Positions 11,360 through 25,700 of a DNA stretch of 64,000 bases are shown here, one piece after another (within the stretch, counting starts at the first letter, position 1; each line of letters begins with the position of its first letter). The stretch spans positions 17,548,502 through 17,612,501 of the forward strand of contig CM119268.1 in NCBI GenBank assembly GCA_051294375.1, read 5' to 3'. The notes beneath the pieces were generated by a model, which saw only the letters and a program-made list of their open reading frames with translations, was not told the origin of the DNA and ran no database searches. The position numbers and the translations under genes are program-made. This DNA is from Paraspadella gotoi (lineage: Eukaryota > Animalia > Chaetognatha).

Positions 11360-13936
11360 ATCTCTCTCTCTCTCTCTCTCTCTCTTGCCTATCTCTCTAT
11401 CTTACTTACACTTGCTATTTTCAATGCCAGCCTTCGCATCCAGTCCACTATTTCATTTCCGACTACTAAATAATTACAAGTAATTTATACTATAACAAGC
11501 AAAATAGTAGACGAATTTGTAATTTTTTATTCTTCATCACTCCCCCGTTCTTTTCTTCCTTATCTCTCCCCCTTTCTCCGTCTCCCCCCGTATCTCTCCT
11601 TTTGCCTTTTGTTTAGTTTTGTTTTTCTCCAATCGCTTCGTTTCTCAGCGCTGAGTGACGCCCTTCTTTTTCTCCACCGTTCTTTTGTTCATTTTTTTTT
11701 TCATTCGTGTTTTTTGTTCTTGTTCTTTTTCTTCTGTTTTTCCCCGGTTTTTATTGTTTCATTTGATTTGCTGAAATTCGTTTTTCAAACCGGCTCTTGG
11801 TTCCGAGTTAATTTCGTCAATTTATCCGATTAATAAATAATAATAAATATCCTCGAATACGTAAAAAATAAAAAAACAATTAAAAAAAGGCAAATAGGAG
11901 AAAAAAAAGATAAAAATGTGAAGAAAAAAATTTAAAAGTAAAAGAAAGTTGGTTAATGAGTCCGATATTTTATCCAGGGCCCTTCGTTTTTTTTGTTTTT
12001 TTTCTTTCCCTTTTGTTTTAAAACGTAGTTTTCATTCTTTACTCTTACTTTTCTTTCTTTTCTTTTTTTTTTCCTTGAATGGAGCCCGGATTTTCCCCTC
12101 AACTTAGTCTCCGTCTTTGTCGTCGTCGTCGTCGTCGTCGTCAACACCGCCCTGGTCCTTTTCCTCGTCGGAATCGTCATTATCGTCGTTCTCGTCAACA
12201 TTGTCAATTCGCCGTCGACGTCGTCGTCGTCGTCGTCGTCTCCGTCGAAGTCAAGGCCCGGGAAATGTCGTCGTCATTTGAGGATCAATATCGCTGTAGC
12301 TGGATTTAAATATACCCCGATTGTAGTAACATTATTCTAAATTGTATGTCTATTTATAGACGTCTATGTCAAGATCCCATTGTCGTTTTCGTCTCTTTTT
12401 TTTCTCGATGAAATCAATACCGTATTCGTCTATGTCATTGCTCTCTCAGTCAACTCATCGTCGACGTCATCGTTGTCGGCGTTGTCGTTGTTGTTATCGT
12501 CACCATCATCGTCGGCGTTCTCTGAAGATCCTTTGAAGTCTGGACAAAGAGTTTAATTGTGTCTTTCCCTCGAGAATTCGGCGATGAGCGGTGAAGCGAC
12601 GCAGTTGTTGGATTAGTAGGATTAGTTGTTGGATTAATTGTTGGATTAGCTGGAAAAGACATTTGGTTTTTTTGTGTTTGTTGGGTATTCTAAAGAAAGT
12701 TGGTATTTTTCGGCTTGCTTCATATTAAATTTTGTATTGACGATAATGAAGGTTTAAAATAAAAGTTTAATGTTTATTGTTTAATTGATTTGATTAAATA
12801 TTAGATTGATATTAATATCTTTTTTCATTGTGTATATATATTGAATTCAATGAAAAACAGTTTTAATGGAAAAAAAAACGATTTGTTTAATAATAGTACA
12901 TCGTACATGTTTCGACTCATATGTTTTTGATGAGATGAAGACTCAAAAACATATGAATCGAAACAAGTTTGATGAACAAAACTGAGAGAGAGAGAGAGGT
13001 TGGAATGACAATGGTCAAAATACATAACAAATAGAATCTGTGCATCCTGTTTTCTCTTCTCTTTCTGGAAAACGACGAAAACAAATCGGTCAGCGCAATT
13101 CTCAACCAGGTACTAAACATACGACGGCGAATAAAACCTGAGCTTTGGTGAACTCACTCACGTCAATAATATGGACGCAACAAAAACTTCTTTTACCCAA
13201 GCCACCCCTACTTACCCCAGCCACGCACAGGTCACCCTCTAGTCCCAGCATCCCGGGAAACGCCACGAGGCAGAATCCGGAAAAGAACAATTTTTCCTTC
13301 GCCAACGACAAACGCCACCTCCGTTCTGTCAGGCGAGTCCCTCAAATCGTGGCGCCTGTCAACGCCTGCTCGGCGCACGCTTTTCTGGCCGAAAAAAAAA
13401 ATGTGTATATTGGTCTACTGCTTTTTGGCCGAAAGCTTAGTGCGTATTATTCTCTTTTGAAAATGTTTTACTGGCCTGACCGACAGGAGAATGTCTTGTC
13501 TTGTCTTGTCCTGTACTTTCTCTCTCTGTGTTGCGTCTTTCATGATGATTACCTCCCTGATGTAATCGACACGTAACGCGCGCCATTAAGTCCCCCCCCC
13601 CTAATTCGTCAACACACATCGTCTTTGAGGCGCGAAATGCTTCGATTCTTTCCCGGGCAAAGCTCGAATTCCCAAAGACGCCCCCCTGAGGGACCTAACC
13701 ACCCTGATTGTTTTCCAATCCACCTTAACCACCAGTGTCCACCTCACCCACCTCATCCACCTCGTCTCCTCACGAACGATTTCGCGCTCCCCGTCGTGAC
13801 CACGTGACCAGGCCGTCATCCACAATAAGAATTGATGACGCCGGGGTCAAAGAAAATTAGAAAACCGGAGAATGGAGGAAAGAGAGAGAGAGAGAAGAGA
13901 GAAGGAGAGAGAGAGAAGAAGAGGAGAGGAGAGAAG

Positions 13937-13972
<36 letters not shown>

Positions 13973-14896
13973 AAGAAAAAAAAGCCAGTCGCGGTAAATA
14001 GGTCGTTATGAGACCATATATATCTCGTTATCCTCCCACGGCATGACAATTAGAGATCGATGCGCTGGAACTGTAACAACCACAGAAAGTGTTGTCTATA
14101 TTCTACTTAGTTTTCCGGAGTANNNNNNNNNNNNNNNNNNNNNNNNNGAGAGAGAGAGAAGAAAAAAAAGCAGGGGAAAAGGGGGTGAAGAAAAAATGAT
14201 GATGCGGAACGACAGAAAGTTGTCCTTAGTTTCCGAGTAATTTGTCCGCGGGGAGGGAAAGGGAAAATGGGGCAACTAAGAAAGGGAAGCGAGATGGGGA
14301 AGTTAGAAAAGGGGTCAGGGAATGGAGGGTAGGAGAACGTGGAGAAAGTAGGGAAAAGGGATGGAGGACATGAAAGTCTATTTGGGACGGAAAGTTTTCT
14401 CAAAAGGTTGTTCATTTTGTCGGTAATTAAATTTATATGGTGATTTTATGGTAATTATATTTCATTCGTCTTTCAAACTGGTTAAAAAAAATTTAATGGC
14501 CGCCTTGGTTAATCTTTGATGGAAGAATATATAGGTAGAATATAGATTAATATTGGTTGGTTGATTGATTAAAAAAAAAGTTAAATCAGTTTATTATGTA
14601 AATAGGTTAACGCGAGAAAATTAATGACAGTCCGCGTCGGTAGGTTAATCCCAATTTAAGCGCCCAACGATGCACAATGAGCTATAAGTGGCAGTTAAGT
14701 GCCAGTTAAGCGTCTTTCTGGATTCACTAAAGTGCCAGTTCAGCGATCAACTGTCCTAACGATTTCACAAAGATTAGCCGTATTTTTTTTCCTCTGTTGT
14801 ATGTCGGTTCCGGATCTGCTCAGAAAAAAAAAACATTTTTAAAAAATAATATTGAAGCGAAACGACCATTATGCAAAATATATTATGCAAACTATG

Positions 14897-15028
<132 letters not shown>

Positions 15029-18000
15029 GATAAGTGGGTTGTTTTCAACCGAAAAAAAAGCGGACGGTCCATTCCGCGCGACATGAATTTCTAGGTATGA
15101 AAGATGACGTATCATCGCGACTGGGCATCGGAGGCAGGCGTTGCGAAGCGGGCAGGCGGAAAAGCAGGCGGTGGCTGCAATGAATAAGCAGGTCGCGCCA
15201 GGGCTGTGTCAAGCGGACGATAGCGCTCTGAACTCAGCGCTGCAATTATTTGATGTTACAATGGGAATAATAAAAAACAAAGAAAAAAGGCAGGATTTAT
15301 TTTAGCTTTTTTTACGGAATTCTAGCAGAATCGAAGTCGCGCTCTCAGTCGCCCAACGCTCAGTAGCAGACCTCAGAGGTTGGCGGGGCGCGGAAGGCGT
15401 GAGAGGAGTGTCAGACCGAGGGGNNNNNNNNNNNNNNNNNNNNNNNNNNNNNNNNNNNNNNNNNNNNNNNNNNNNNNNNNNNNNNNNNNNNNNNNNNNNN
15501 NNNNNNNNNNNNNNNNNNNNNNNNNNNNNNNNNNNNNNNNNNNNNNNNNNNNNNNNNNNNNNNNNNNNNNNNNNNNNNNNNNNNNNNNNNNNNNNNNNNN
15601 NNNNNNNNNNNNNNNNNNNNNNNNNNNNNNNNNNNNNNNNNNNNNNNNNNNNNNNNNNNNNNNNNNAAAAAAGAATTTTTTTTTAATACGCGGAAATTGT
15701 TTTTTGCCTAATCGTTGTTTGAGATGAAAGAGGATGAGGAAGAGAAGGAAGAAGAAGAGGAGAATTAAAAAATCGAAAAAAAAAAAAAAACAACACAAAC
15801 ATGGGGGAGTTCTCTTTTTTATGGGAGGAAGAGGAGACAAAGGAGGAAGAGGAGGAGGAGGAGAAAAAAGATGAGGAGGACGCGGTTTTTTTTTTTTACT
15901 TTCTAAAGAATTTGGTTAATGATATATACCGGCGGCTTAGGTTTACGACGAGAATAAAAAAAAGGATGATTAAGAATTTGGCCGGGAGATGCCGCTTTGT
16001 TCGTCCGCTGACTTGGCCGATCCGAGTCCGTTTCTTTCGACGCGAACGAACAACAATCGAAGTTAATTACCTCAGTCGGCGTCAAACGACGAAATGCGAC
16101 TCTCGATGATAAGAGTCTCCGTTCGATCCATGGAATATGACGCTACATAATAAATACTGCAAGAGAAATGCTGTGAGAGAGACCCTTCCAGAGATATGTT
16201 GCTAAAGGGATTCTGCAAACTTCAAAAGAGCCGTTTAAGGATTTTGCAAAAGAGATGAGACGAAACGGTTGATCCCAAAGTTGCTGCAATTATGGAGCGT
16301 TCTACATCGCGACTCGGGGCCTGAGTCAATCACCTTTCAATGCGACGATTACCATCGGTAGCACGTCCTCTCTACATTGACGCCAAACCCGACGCCTCAA
16401 GCCGACGCTCGATGCCGACAAGCCGAAAACGAAGCTCGAAACGGACGCCAAGAGCCGCTCGACTCGAGAAGCCGACGACGGGGCCGACAAAGCCGACAAG
16501 GCCGTACNNNNNNNNNNNNNNNNNNNNNNNNNNNNNNNNNNNNNNNNNNNNNNNNNNNNNNNNNNNNNNNNNNNNNNNNNNNNNNNNNNNNNNNNNNNNN
16601 NNNNNNNNNNNNNNNNNNNNNNNNNNNNNNNNNNNNNNNNNNNNNNNNNNNNNNNNNNNNNNNNNNNNNNNNNNNNNNNNNNNNNNNNNNNNNNNNNNNN
16701 NNNNNNNNNNNNNNNNNNNNNNNNNNNNNNNNNNNNNNNNNNNNNNNNNNNNNNNNNNNNNNNNNNNNNNNNNNNNNNNNNNNNNNNNNNNNNNNNNNNN
16801 NNNNNNNNNNNNNNNNNNNNNNNNNNNNNNNNNNNNNNNNNNNNNNNNNNNNNNNNNNNNNNNNNNNNNNNNNNNNNNNNNNNNNNNNNNNNNNNNNNNN
16901 NNNNNNNNAAAAAATAATAAAAACTCCGAAATAAATGATCCGTTTGAGGTAATTTTTAAATTGGAACGCCGGCTGGGGATCGACAGAGCAGTGAGTAATG
17001 AACTTGAAAGGAACGCGTTATTTCGGTCACTGACTTCGACCGCTGCGTCCAAACTTGGAGACCCCAACCGTTTTTTCGATGCTGGGGTAAGACTCACCTT
17101 TTCTCCAGCATTGGCCACATACTTATTTTTACTTAGTTCTTTTTTATGTATTCGCCCACCTTTTCAACTGCGTTTGTTTCCCTATCCCTCACTATATTGT
17201 TATTTTCGGCTTTTCATCTAACCCCTGACCTAACCATACCCCAGCAAACTTTTCTCCCAGCCTCCACCCCAGCATCTCACCTCAGCTCCTCCGCAGCACC
17301 TCTGAGGCGACCTCCTGCCAAATCGAGGAAAGACCAAAAAATGCGAAACCCGCGTGACAAAACCCGACGCCGGAGGGGGCGCTCTTATTCGGAGAAGGTA
17401 GACCCCTTAGTTGGGGGATAAGAGAAGGTGGACGCCTTAGGCTTAGGTGGAGCATGCGAGAAAGTCGTGTGCTGTATTTGTTTGCTTGATTTCTCTTTTG
17501 CAGCAACCCAAACGAAGACTGTCGTTTTAGCTCAGAGTAATTTTATTCGCGATGAGAGATAAAACATGAATAAATGAAAAATATCAAAAGACGCTAAGTC
17601 TAAATTCATGAGCGAGGAAAAGGAGTTCGAGTCAGTGATTGAGGTCAGTGACCGAGAGAACAATTATATAGGGGAATTAGAGGTGTAGAGTGAGAGAGCG
17701 AGAGAGCGAGAGAGCGATAGAGCGATTTTTCTTGATGAGGAGAGATTTCGGTTAACCACACAAAACGCTTGTTCGATCACTATTTCAAGAAATGTTGTTT
17801 ATTTTTTATTTAGGATCGAAAAATATTTCTGTTTATTACACATTGGCTTTATCGGAGCGGGAGGTTTGGGTTTGTAGTTAAACAATTTCACGTTTCAATT
17901 GAAGGGGCTGTGAACGGGAGAAAAAGTTTATTTTGGGACATTTAGGACATTTCGGACAAAACGTTAGGAGCGAAAATAGTGAGGAGATAAGTTGGTTTTT

Positions 18001-18539
18001 GGGTGAGAGTTTATTGGTTGGAATTTAAAAAGGTTGATTTCGGGAAGGTTGCGTGATTAATTCGTATCGTCGGGCAATCACCATTATGGCGACGTGAATA
18101 ATTAAGATAAGGAGACAGGTTTAAACGGGATACATTTAATACAATATTCAGGGAATTAAACATTAACAGTAATAAACGGTGAACGAAAAAGTAGTATAGA
18201 GATTTCGAGTTGTGTCTACCATCGTGAGCTTGTCCGCATTTAAAGCCAAAAGTCGGCCCAAGTGTCCTCAGCGCAAGGTCAGTGGCTAAACAACCACCGG
18301 CTACCACGGTGGCCAGAGACATGACCCACGTGACCTAAAGCGTCCTCCATAATATCACTTTTATCTTTTTTCATTTTAATGTTGTTTGAAAATTTGTCAA
18401 AAGAAATTCTTTCGATATATACATAATTATCGCCCTTTTTTATTTTTTATTTTTTGCTTCAGAAATCTAAACGACGCGCGACTCCACGCCCTCCGGCGAC
18501 GCAAGGCGGCAGTCTGGCTCGAACGCGCATTATGCATTA

Positions 18540-18574
<35 letters not shown>

Positions 18575-20017
18575 NNNNNNNNNNNNNNNNNNNNNNNNNN
18601 NNNNNNNNNNNNNNNNNNNNNNNNNNNNNNNNNNNNNNNNNNNNNNNNNNNNNNNNNNNNNNNNNNNNNNNNNNNNNNNNNNNNNNNNNNNNNNNNNNNN
18701 NNNNNNNNNNNNNNNNNNNNNNNNNNNNNNNNNNNNNNNNNNNNNNNNNNNNNNNNNNNNNNNNNNNNNNNNNNNNNNNNNNNNNNNNNNNNNNNNNNNN
18801 NNNNNNNNNNNNNNNNNNNNNNNNNNNNNNNNNNNNNNNNNNNNNNNNNNNNNNNNNNNTCTGGACGATCGGCTTTCATCATTCAATTCCTTTGGTTCCA
18901 TAAAACTTAACTATCATTTCTTGAGATAGAACGATCCTATTTCTTTAATTACAGAGAAATATTAACGAGAACCAAGCTTGGTTCATGTCAATTCTCAATG
19001 CTTACTTTGAACTAGACCCGTCTTTCCCCCTTTATTAATTTCCTCCTCAGAGCCCCCGCTCCTCTCTCGGCCTCTGCGACTCACAGAAAAAAACTTTTTT
19101 AACATTTTAATTACCAATTATTACGTCGATACCCAGTGGAGCTTTCAAAAAATCTTTCGAAACCCGATCGTCGCCAACTTAAAAAGTCAGTCAGAAGGTC
19201 GCGGCATATGTAACATCAAGGTTTTAATAGAGATTAAAAAGAAGAACAAAAAACCATCGAAGCTTCTCAAAGCTTGCGATTAGTAATTGAAAACTAATTG
19301 AAAAGTTAACCCAGTCTGTTCTTTTCAAAATTTTCTTTACGTTTCCCCCTTTTTTCTTCGAGATGAAAAAAACTCCTAAGGACAAATTCTCTCTGGAAAG
19401 TTTGTCCTAGCGAATGTTTCAGGGACGGAAAAACTCTCGAGGACAAAGCCTCGAGGAGACGTTGGCCTAAAAAAAAAAAAAGATTCCAGGACACAAAAAC
19501 CCGCGGAGGACAAGGACTCGAGGAGAAGCGGTTATTCCGGCGATAATGAGATTTTCCTCTCCGTCTCCCTCGAGGGCCGTTTCACTACGAGAACTGAGTG
19601 GCGGAAAACTCTGACGGAAAATACGATGTCTATGTACGAAACGTGTAGGAGGCAATGAAACGTCGGATTGTTATTAATATCAATACCGTCGTCTTTTCGT
19701 CGGATAAAAAAAACAAAAAAAAACAACAACAAAAAAAACTCTCTCATGAATATCTTCGTGACTTATTCACGTCGAAGGGTCTTGTGGTTTTGTGGTCTTG
19801 TGGTTCCCATGAAAAAATGATGCCGCATTTTCTTTCGCCGTCGAAGAGGAAGAAGTTCAACTTTCTTTCCCGACTTCTCTCTACTAACGTCTCTCTTCAT
19901 CATTCTCTCTCTCTCTCTCTCGTTGACGAACGAGTAGAACAACCACAACAGTAGCGACAATTTAAAAAACGTCATTAAGCAACTGGGGTCAGCTGTAGGA
20001 ATAAATGCAGCTCTTTT

Positions 20018-20260
20018 TTATGATCGTCTCTCAAGGCGCTGGTAATAAGCAGATACAATTAATAAAGAAACAAGACAAAACCGCAATAAAAACGAATGAT
20101 TCAAATTAAAAGATGCAAGGGCTGCTAGAGCCTCGCAACCATTGCGTCCGATGCTGAATTGCTGATGGTCTATTGCAAGCCAAGTCACCAAGGATAATTG
20201 CTCTTCAAAAAGGCAACCAATATCGGTCCTACTTATCAACGGAGGAGACCATCTCATCAA
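20018..20260 (-). mobile_element. Degraded non-LTR retrotransposon reverse-transcriptase fragment
   Basis: The minus-strand translation RTDIGCLFEEQL...HQQFSIGRNGCEAL resembles the RPIxIGxxxxRL...QxxxGxxxGCEA region of CRE/NeSL/R2-like RTs. The match is short, degenerate and judged by eye. Confidence 0.35.
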
Positions 20261-20422
20261 ACGGTCGAGACTTGATGTGAAGTGAATTTATTTTTAGAGC
20301 CGTATAGAGAATATGCCGGTATGACATTATTATTTCACAATCGGAAGGAATCGTCATCTTAAGAAAGGACCAAATGGAACCATGAACTTTTGGAAAATAT
20401 CCTAAATGTGAGAGTTATTTTC

Positions 20423-20463
<41 letters not shown>

Positions 20464-20527
20464 TTTTCCTGGTACCCTTCCGCCATTTTTGACGCGGTCG
20501 TGTTTGGATTCGCACGAAAACGAGGGA

Positions 20528-20577
<50 letters not shown>

Positions 20578-22744
20578 TTTTTCCATGGAAAAGAGCGACT
20601 AGTAGAAATGCCTAGAGAGACATCATTTATTCTTTAAGATGTCGGATATATCCCCTTTAACACGAGACAGTCACTTTTTGTATTCATAGTAAATGCTATT
20701 TAGTTTGTGGTTGCATTTGTGGCCGTACTCGAACTCAAGTTTTTCATCGNNNNNNNNNNAGAGAGACATCATTTATTCTTTAAGATGTCGGATATATCCC
20801 CTTTAACACGAGACAGTCACTTTTTGTATTCATCGTAAATGCTATTTAGTTTGTGGTTGCATTTGTGGCCGTCTCTCTTGAAGTTCTCGCTCTCAAGTTT
20901 TTCATCGAATGCATTCGTTGGATCTCAGGCCTTCGTTGGCATTGAAAAAATAGATATCACTACTCCTCTATTTAACATTTAACATAGGTTATAACAAATA
21001 ACTTTACGACGTCGACGACGACGACGACGACGACGACGAACCGACGAAGAAGACGATTTCCACGATGAATAATAATTCGCTTATTGAATTTTCTCTTTTG
21101 AGAATTTTGACGTCTCGGGAATTCATTCTTTATTACGGTCGAGAGAAGATTGATTCCCCGCCAAAGTAATGAAAGAATTTTATAATTCCTTTTATTTCCT
21201 TTTATTTCCTTTTTTATGGTAAAATCGCGTTGGCTGGAGTTTTTTTTTCCTTCGTCTGTTTTTTTTTTCTTTCTCTCGCGTTGTTTTATTCAGTTGCCTG
21301 AGAAAACAGATTCTCTTTAGGTTTACGAACAACTGGAGCTAATATTTGTTTTCATATAGTTTGTTTTCGATGGTCGATGAAAAGTAACTTTTATATATCG
21401 AGATCGAGATAATAAGATCGAAATATTGGTTTTCAATAAAAGAAAAAAAATACTGCACTTGATCCCAAATTCGACGTTTTCTTAATCAACTTTTATATAT
21501 ATTATATTTTTATATTTTCACTTTTTGACTCTCTCTCTCTCTCTCTCTCTCTCTCATGCCTCACTCACTCACCTGAATAAATGATATGGGATAACGTCGT
21601 GTCGTCTTTCCAAAGATAATTTCGTAAGAACACAGAGCCTCGGTTATTTTTCATATCCTTTTACTATTTTTATATTTTACTGACTCTCACGGTCTCACCA
21701 TTCAAATGAGACTTATTAGTTTATAGTAAATAGTTTATAAATAATAAATAAATAATTTATTCTCTTCCCCCTTCAGAATAAAATGTTCATACATACATTT
21801 TAAATTTAAAAAGACAACAACCGTAATAACCATATAGTCTTATTGAATAATATTTCTAAATTATAAAATGAGATCAACCAAATCATAACAATTTTTAAAA
21901 CGAATAAACTAGCCTAAAATAAAATAAATAAATAAAATAAAATAAATTAAACTAGCCTTAAATAAAAAGCAGTATCACGTACAGCAAAAAATAATATATA
22001 TTTTTCTTAATTCATATTCGGGCCAACGCCCTCTCTATCGTTCTTCTTCCCCTCTACCTATCTTCCCTCCTATCCCTTCCTCCCCTCTACCTATCTTNNN
22101 NNNNNNNNNNNNNNNNNNNNNNNNNNNNNNNNNNNNNNNNNNNNNNNNNNNNNNNNNNNNNNNNNNNNNNNNNNNNNNNNNNNNNNNNNNNNNNNNNNNN
22201 NNNNNNNNNNNNNNNNNNNNNNNNNNNNNNNNNNNNNNNNNNNNNNNNNNNNNNNNNNNNNNNNNNNNNNNNNNNNNNNNNNNNNNNNNNNNNNNNNNNN
22301 NNNNNNNNNNNNNNNNNNNNNNNNNNNNNNNNNNNNNNNNNNNNNNNNNNNNNNNNNNNNNNNNNNNNNNNNNNNNNNNNNNNNNNNNNNNNNNNNNNNN
22401 NNNNNNNNNNNNNNNNNNNNNNNNNNNNNNNNNNNNNNNNNNNNNNNNNNNNNNNNNNNNNNNNNNNNNNNNNNNNNNNNNNNNNNNNNNNNNNNNNNNN
22501 NNNNNCCCTCCTATCTCTTCCTCCCCTCTACCTATATACCCTCCTTTCTCTTCCTCCCCTCTACCTATCTTCCTTCCTATCTTCTCCTCGCCCCTTTCCT
22601 TCTCTTTTTCCCGGAAGACCAAACAGGGATTCCAAGGAGCGAGAGATTTTTATTCGCAGCGATGAAGATCGTCTTTCGAGAAACTCATAGCCCAACTATG
22701 CAAATGTCCCTGCATTAGCATTTCTTTGGGATTCCAACATTCGA

Positions 22745-22780
<36 letters not shown>

Positions 22781-25700
22781 NNNNNNNNNNNNNNNNNNNN
22801 NNNNNNNNNNNNNNNNNNNNNNNNNNNNNNNNNNNNNNNNNNNNNNNNNNNNNNNNNNNNNNNNNNNNNNNNNNNNNNNNNNNNNNNNNNNNNNNNNNNN
22901 NNNNNNNNNNNNNNNNNNNNNNNNNNNNNNNNNNNNNNNNNNNNNNNNNNNNNNNNNNNNNNNNNNNNNNNNNNNTCTTCCGTAAGATTTTTTGTCTTTA
23001 TTTCCGTTATTTTTTGCTTTTTTGCTTTTTCCTTCGAAAGTACTTTCTTAATTCCATCTAACCCATTTATATTTTGAGAACTAGTTTAAATTTTTTTTCT
23101 TCTCTTCACATTCTTTGTCCTCTTTTCACTTTTTCTTCTCGCTCATCGTAACATCCCTTCTTCTTCATCTTTCTTCTTTTCCTTTTTCTTTCCTTTTTAT
23201 TTCCTCTCTTTCCTCTTCACGGTCGAATTGATCGTAAAAGAGAAAATCTTGAAACCGCAGAATCACGAAATAACAGCTCGGAAAACCCTTAAACCAATTT
23301 CATCTACATCCGGTCCCCATTCTACATCATCTCTCTTCAAACCGATTCCATCTCTATTCTAAGGTTCTCCGATCTTTATTATTGAAATTTTACCCCAAAT
23401 TCCTTAATTCCAATGTTTTTTTTTTCTAGTTTAGTATGTACTTTTAACATCCACGTTGAGAAGCTGTGCAATGTGGATTTGATCGCTATGAAACGCCCAC
23501 AAAACTAGTTTCAAAATTCCCCGTCCGAACCTCCTTGCTCTTCCATGCATAAAAAATCATAACCATCGCGAACACTTTTCTTTCCTCACCCCATCCTTCC
23601 CAACCCCACTTTTCNNNNNNNNNNNNNNNNNNNNNNNNNNNNNNNNNNNNNNNNNNNNNNNNNNNNNNNNNNNNNNNNNNNNNNNNNNNNNNNNNNNNNN
23701 NNNNNNNNNNNNNNNNNNNNNNNNNNNNNNNNNNNNNNNNNNNNNNNNNNNNNNNNNNNNNNNNNNNNNNNNNNNNNNNNNNNNNNNNNNNNNNNNNNNN
23801 NNNNNNNNNNNNTCCAAATAAAAAAAAAGGTAAATCACATCCGAAGTATTAAAATATGTCGTATTTAACCAAGTCTAATCGTTTATGGCGGCGATGGTGA
23901 AAAAAAAAGGGAGAGAGCTTGAGAGAGATGACGGCGTCGCTTTGGAGACTTGAGATATTAAAAGTTTTTAAAATAATATTATCGGTTAACGATCATGACG
24001 CGAAACCTGGGAATTAAGTCGTAAAAAAACACAATGTCACTTGTTCAAAAGGTGTACATGTGAAGACGTCGTGTAAAATTCCTCGAGTCTGGAGGTCATT
24101 TTGCCACAGACAATGATCGAACGATCAAAAACGTCTAGACAACAACAACGACCCCGGAGAAAACGACATTAATGACTCCACTCGGCCTAATTTATTTTAG
24201 GTCGAGTTTAAAAACAAGAATAGTTAAAAATGAGTCGTGTTTTGTGCTCTAAGAAATAAAGGGAAACCCAAAATTGGAGCCGGACGAATATCGTGACAAA
24301 CGGGTTTTCTCTTCAGACTAAATATTTCGATTCAACTCTTGACTCATTTTTCTCTTCTTTTTTTTCCCCGCCTTTTTTTTTTTTTTTGCCTTCAAGGAAA
24401 TGGCGCCGATTTACAAAATCTCTAGGAAAAAAAAAAGAATAAAAAGAAGAGAGAAACTGAAAAAAAAAGGGGGCCTCCTTTTCGGAAAGGCTCGGGGCGA
24501 CTTTTATTAGCAATTAGCAATGTTTACAAAACGGGGAGTTTCGGTTCTGCTTTCTGGCCCAATCTGGATCGCACTCCCTTCCTTGCTACAACCCAAGTCT
24601 TAACCCCCTTTCGTCACCTTTAACCATGACCCATGGGGTTCTCCCTCTCTTTTTTTTTNNNNNNNNNNNNNNNNNNNNNNNNNNNNNNNNNNNNNNNNNN
24701 NNNNNNNNNNNNNNNNNNNNNNNNNNNNNNNNNNNNNNNNNNNNNNNNNNNNNNNNNNNNNNNNNNNNNNNNNNNNNNNNNNNNNNNNNNNNNNNNNNNN
24801 NNNNNTTCTTCCTTAGACGCCCAACGCTTCCAAGCTCGTACACCACTCGCTTACCGCTACCGATCTTGGCCAACCAACACTTGAGATCACAGCGCAGGAA
24901 CTAAATGCCTCCTAGTTTCTCCTCGAGCGACATCAATGAGATCGGAGTCANNNNNNNNNNNNNNNNNNNNNNNNNNNNNNNNNNNNNNNNNNNNNNNNNN
25001 NNNNNNNNNNNNNNNNNNNNNNNNNNNNNNNNNNNNNNNNNNNNNNNNNNNNNNNNNNNNNNNNNNNNNNNNNNNNNNNNNNNNNNNNNNNNNNNNNNNN
25101 NNNNNNNNNNNNNNNNNNNNNNNNNNNNNNNNNNNNNNNNNNNNNNNNNNNNNNNNNNNNNNNNNNNNNNNNNNNNNNNNNNNNNNNNNNNNNNNNNNNN
25201 NNNNNNNNNNNNNNNNNNNNNNNNNNNNNNNNNNNNNNNNNNNNNNNNNNNNNNNNNNNNNNNNNNNNNNNNNNNNNNNNNNNNNNNNNNNNNNNNNNNN
25301 NNNNNNNNNNNNNNNNNNNNNNNNNNNNNNATATATATATATATATATATTATATTAATTAAAACAATATTTTTGAGCCTCGACATCAGACAAAAATCCT
25401 TCGTCGCCTACTTTTAATTCTTTTTTTCTCACCTGGAATCAGACTTTTGTCTCCTCCACCTCCAACCCGAAGACAACCACCCCTGCCACCCAAACAACAA
25501 ACCATCGCCGACTTGAATAATCCATTATCCAATTCCGAGTTGCGCTGCGATTTCCTCAAAAGAAGGCGACAACACTACCAGGTGCGACCTCTTCTCTCTC
25601 CCCCTGGGGTTGAGGTGGGGAAATCGGGCAGGAGTGGGTGACAGGTGCTGGAGCGGCAAATGGAATGTTGTTAGGTAGGGAATAAGTGGAAGGAAAAGAG

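Noticed and set aside
10980-12662. Asp/Thr/Val-rich ORFs from (GAC/GTC)n-rich tracts (also 53155-53503, 56320-56800)
   Set aside because: Trinucleotide-repeat-derived and open in several frames, with no start/splice structure or domain supporting a gene.
16090-19650. Scattered plus-strand exon-like islands (about 16120-16330, 17010-17087, 17297-17397, 18235-18330, 19490-19633)
   Set aside because: Possibly exons of an error-containing gene, but no confident translation or homology could be assigned.
20615-20910. ~130-bp direct duplication
   Set aside because: The copies flank a 10-N gap, typical of an unmerged contig overlap.
15373-25417. ORFs containing long X runs
   Set aside because: They read through N-gaps and are not evidence of genes.
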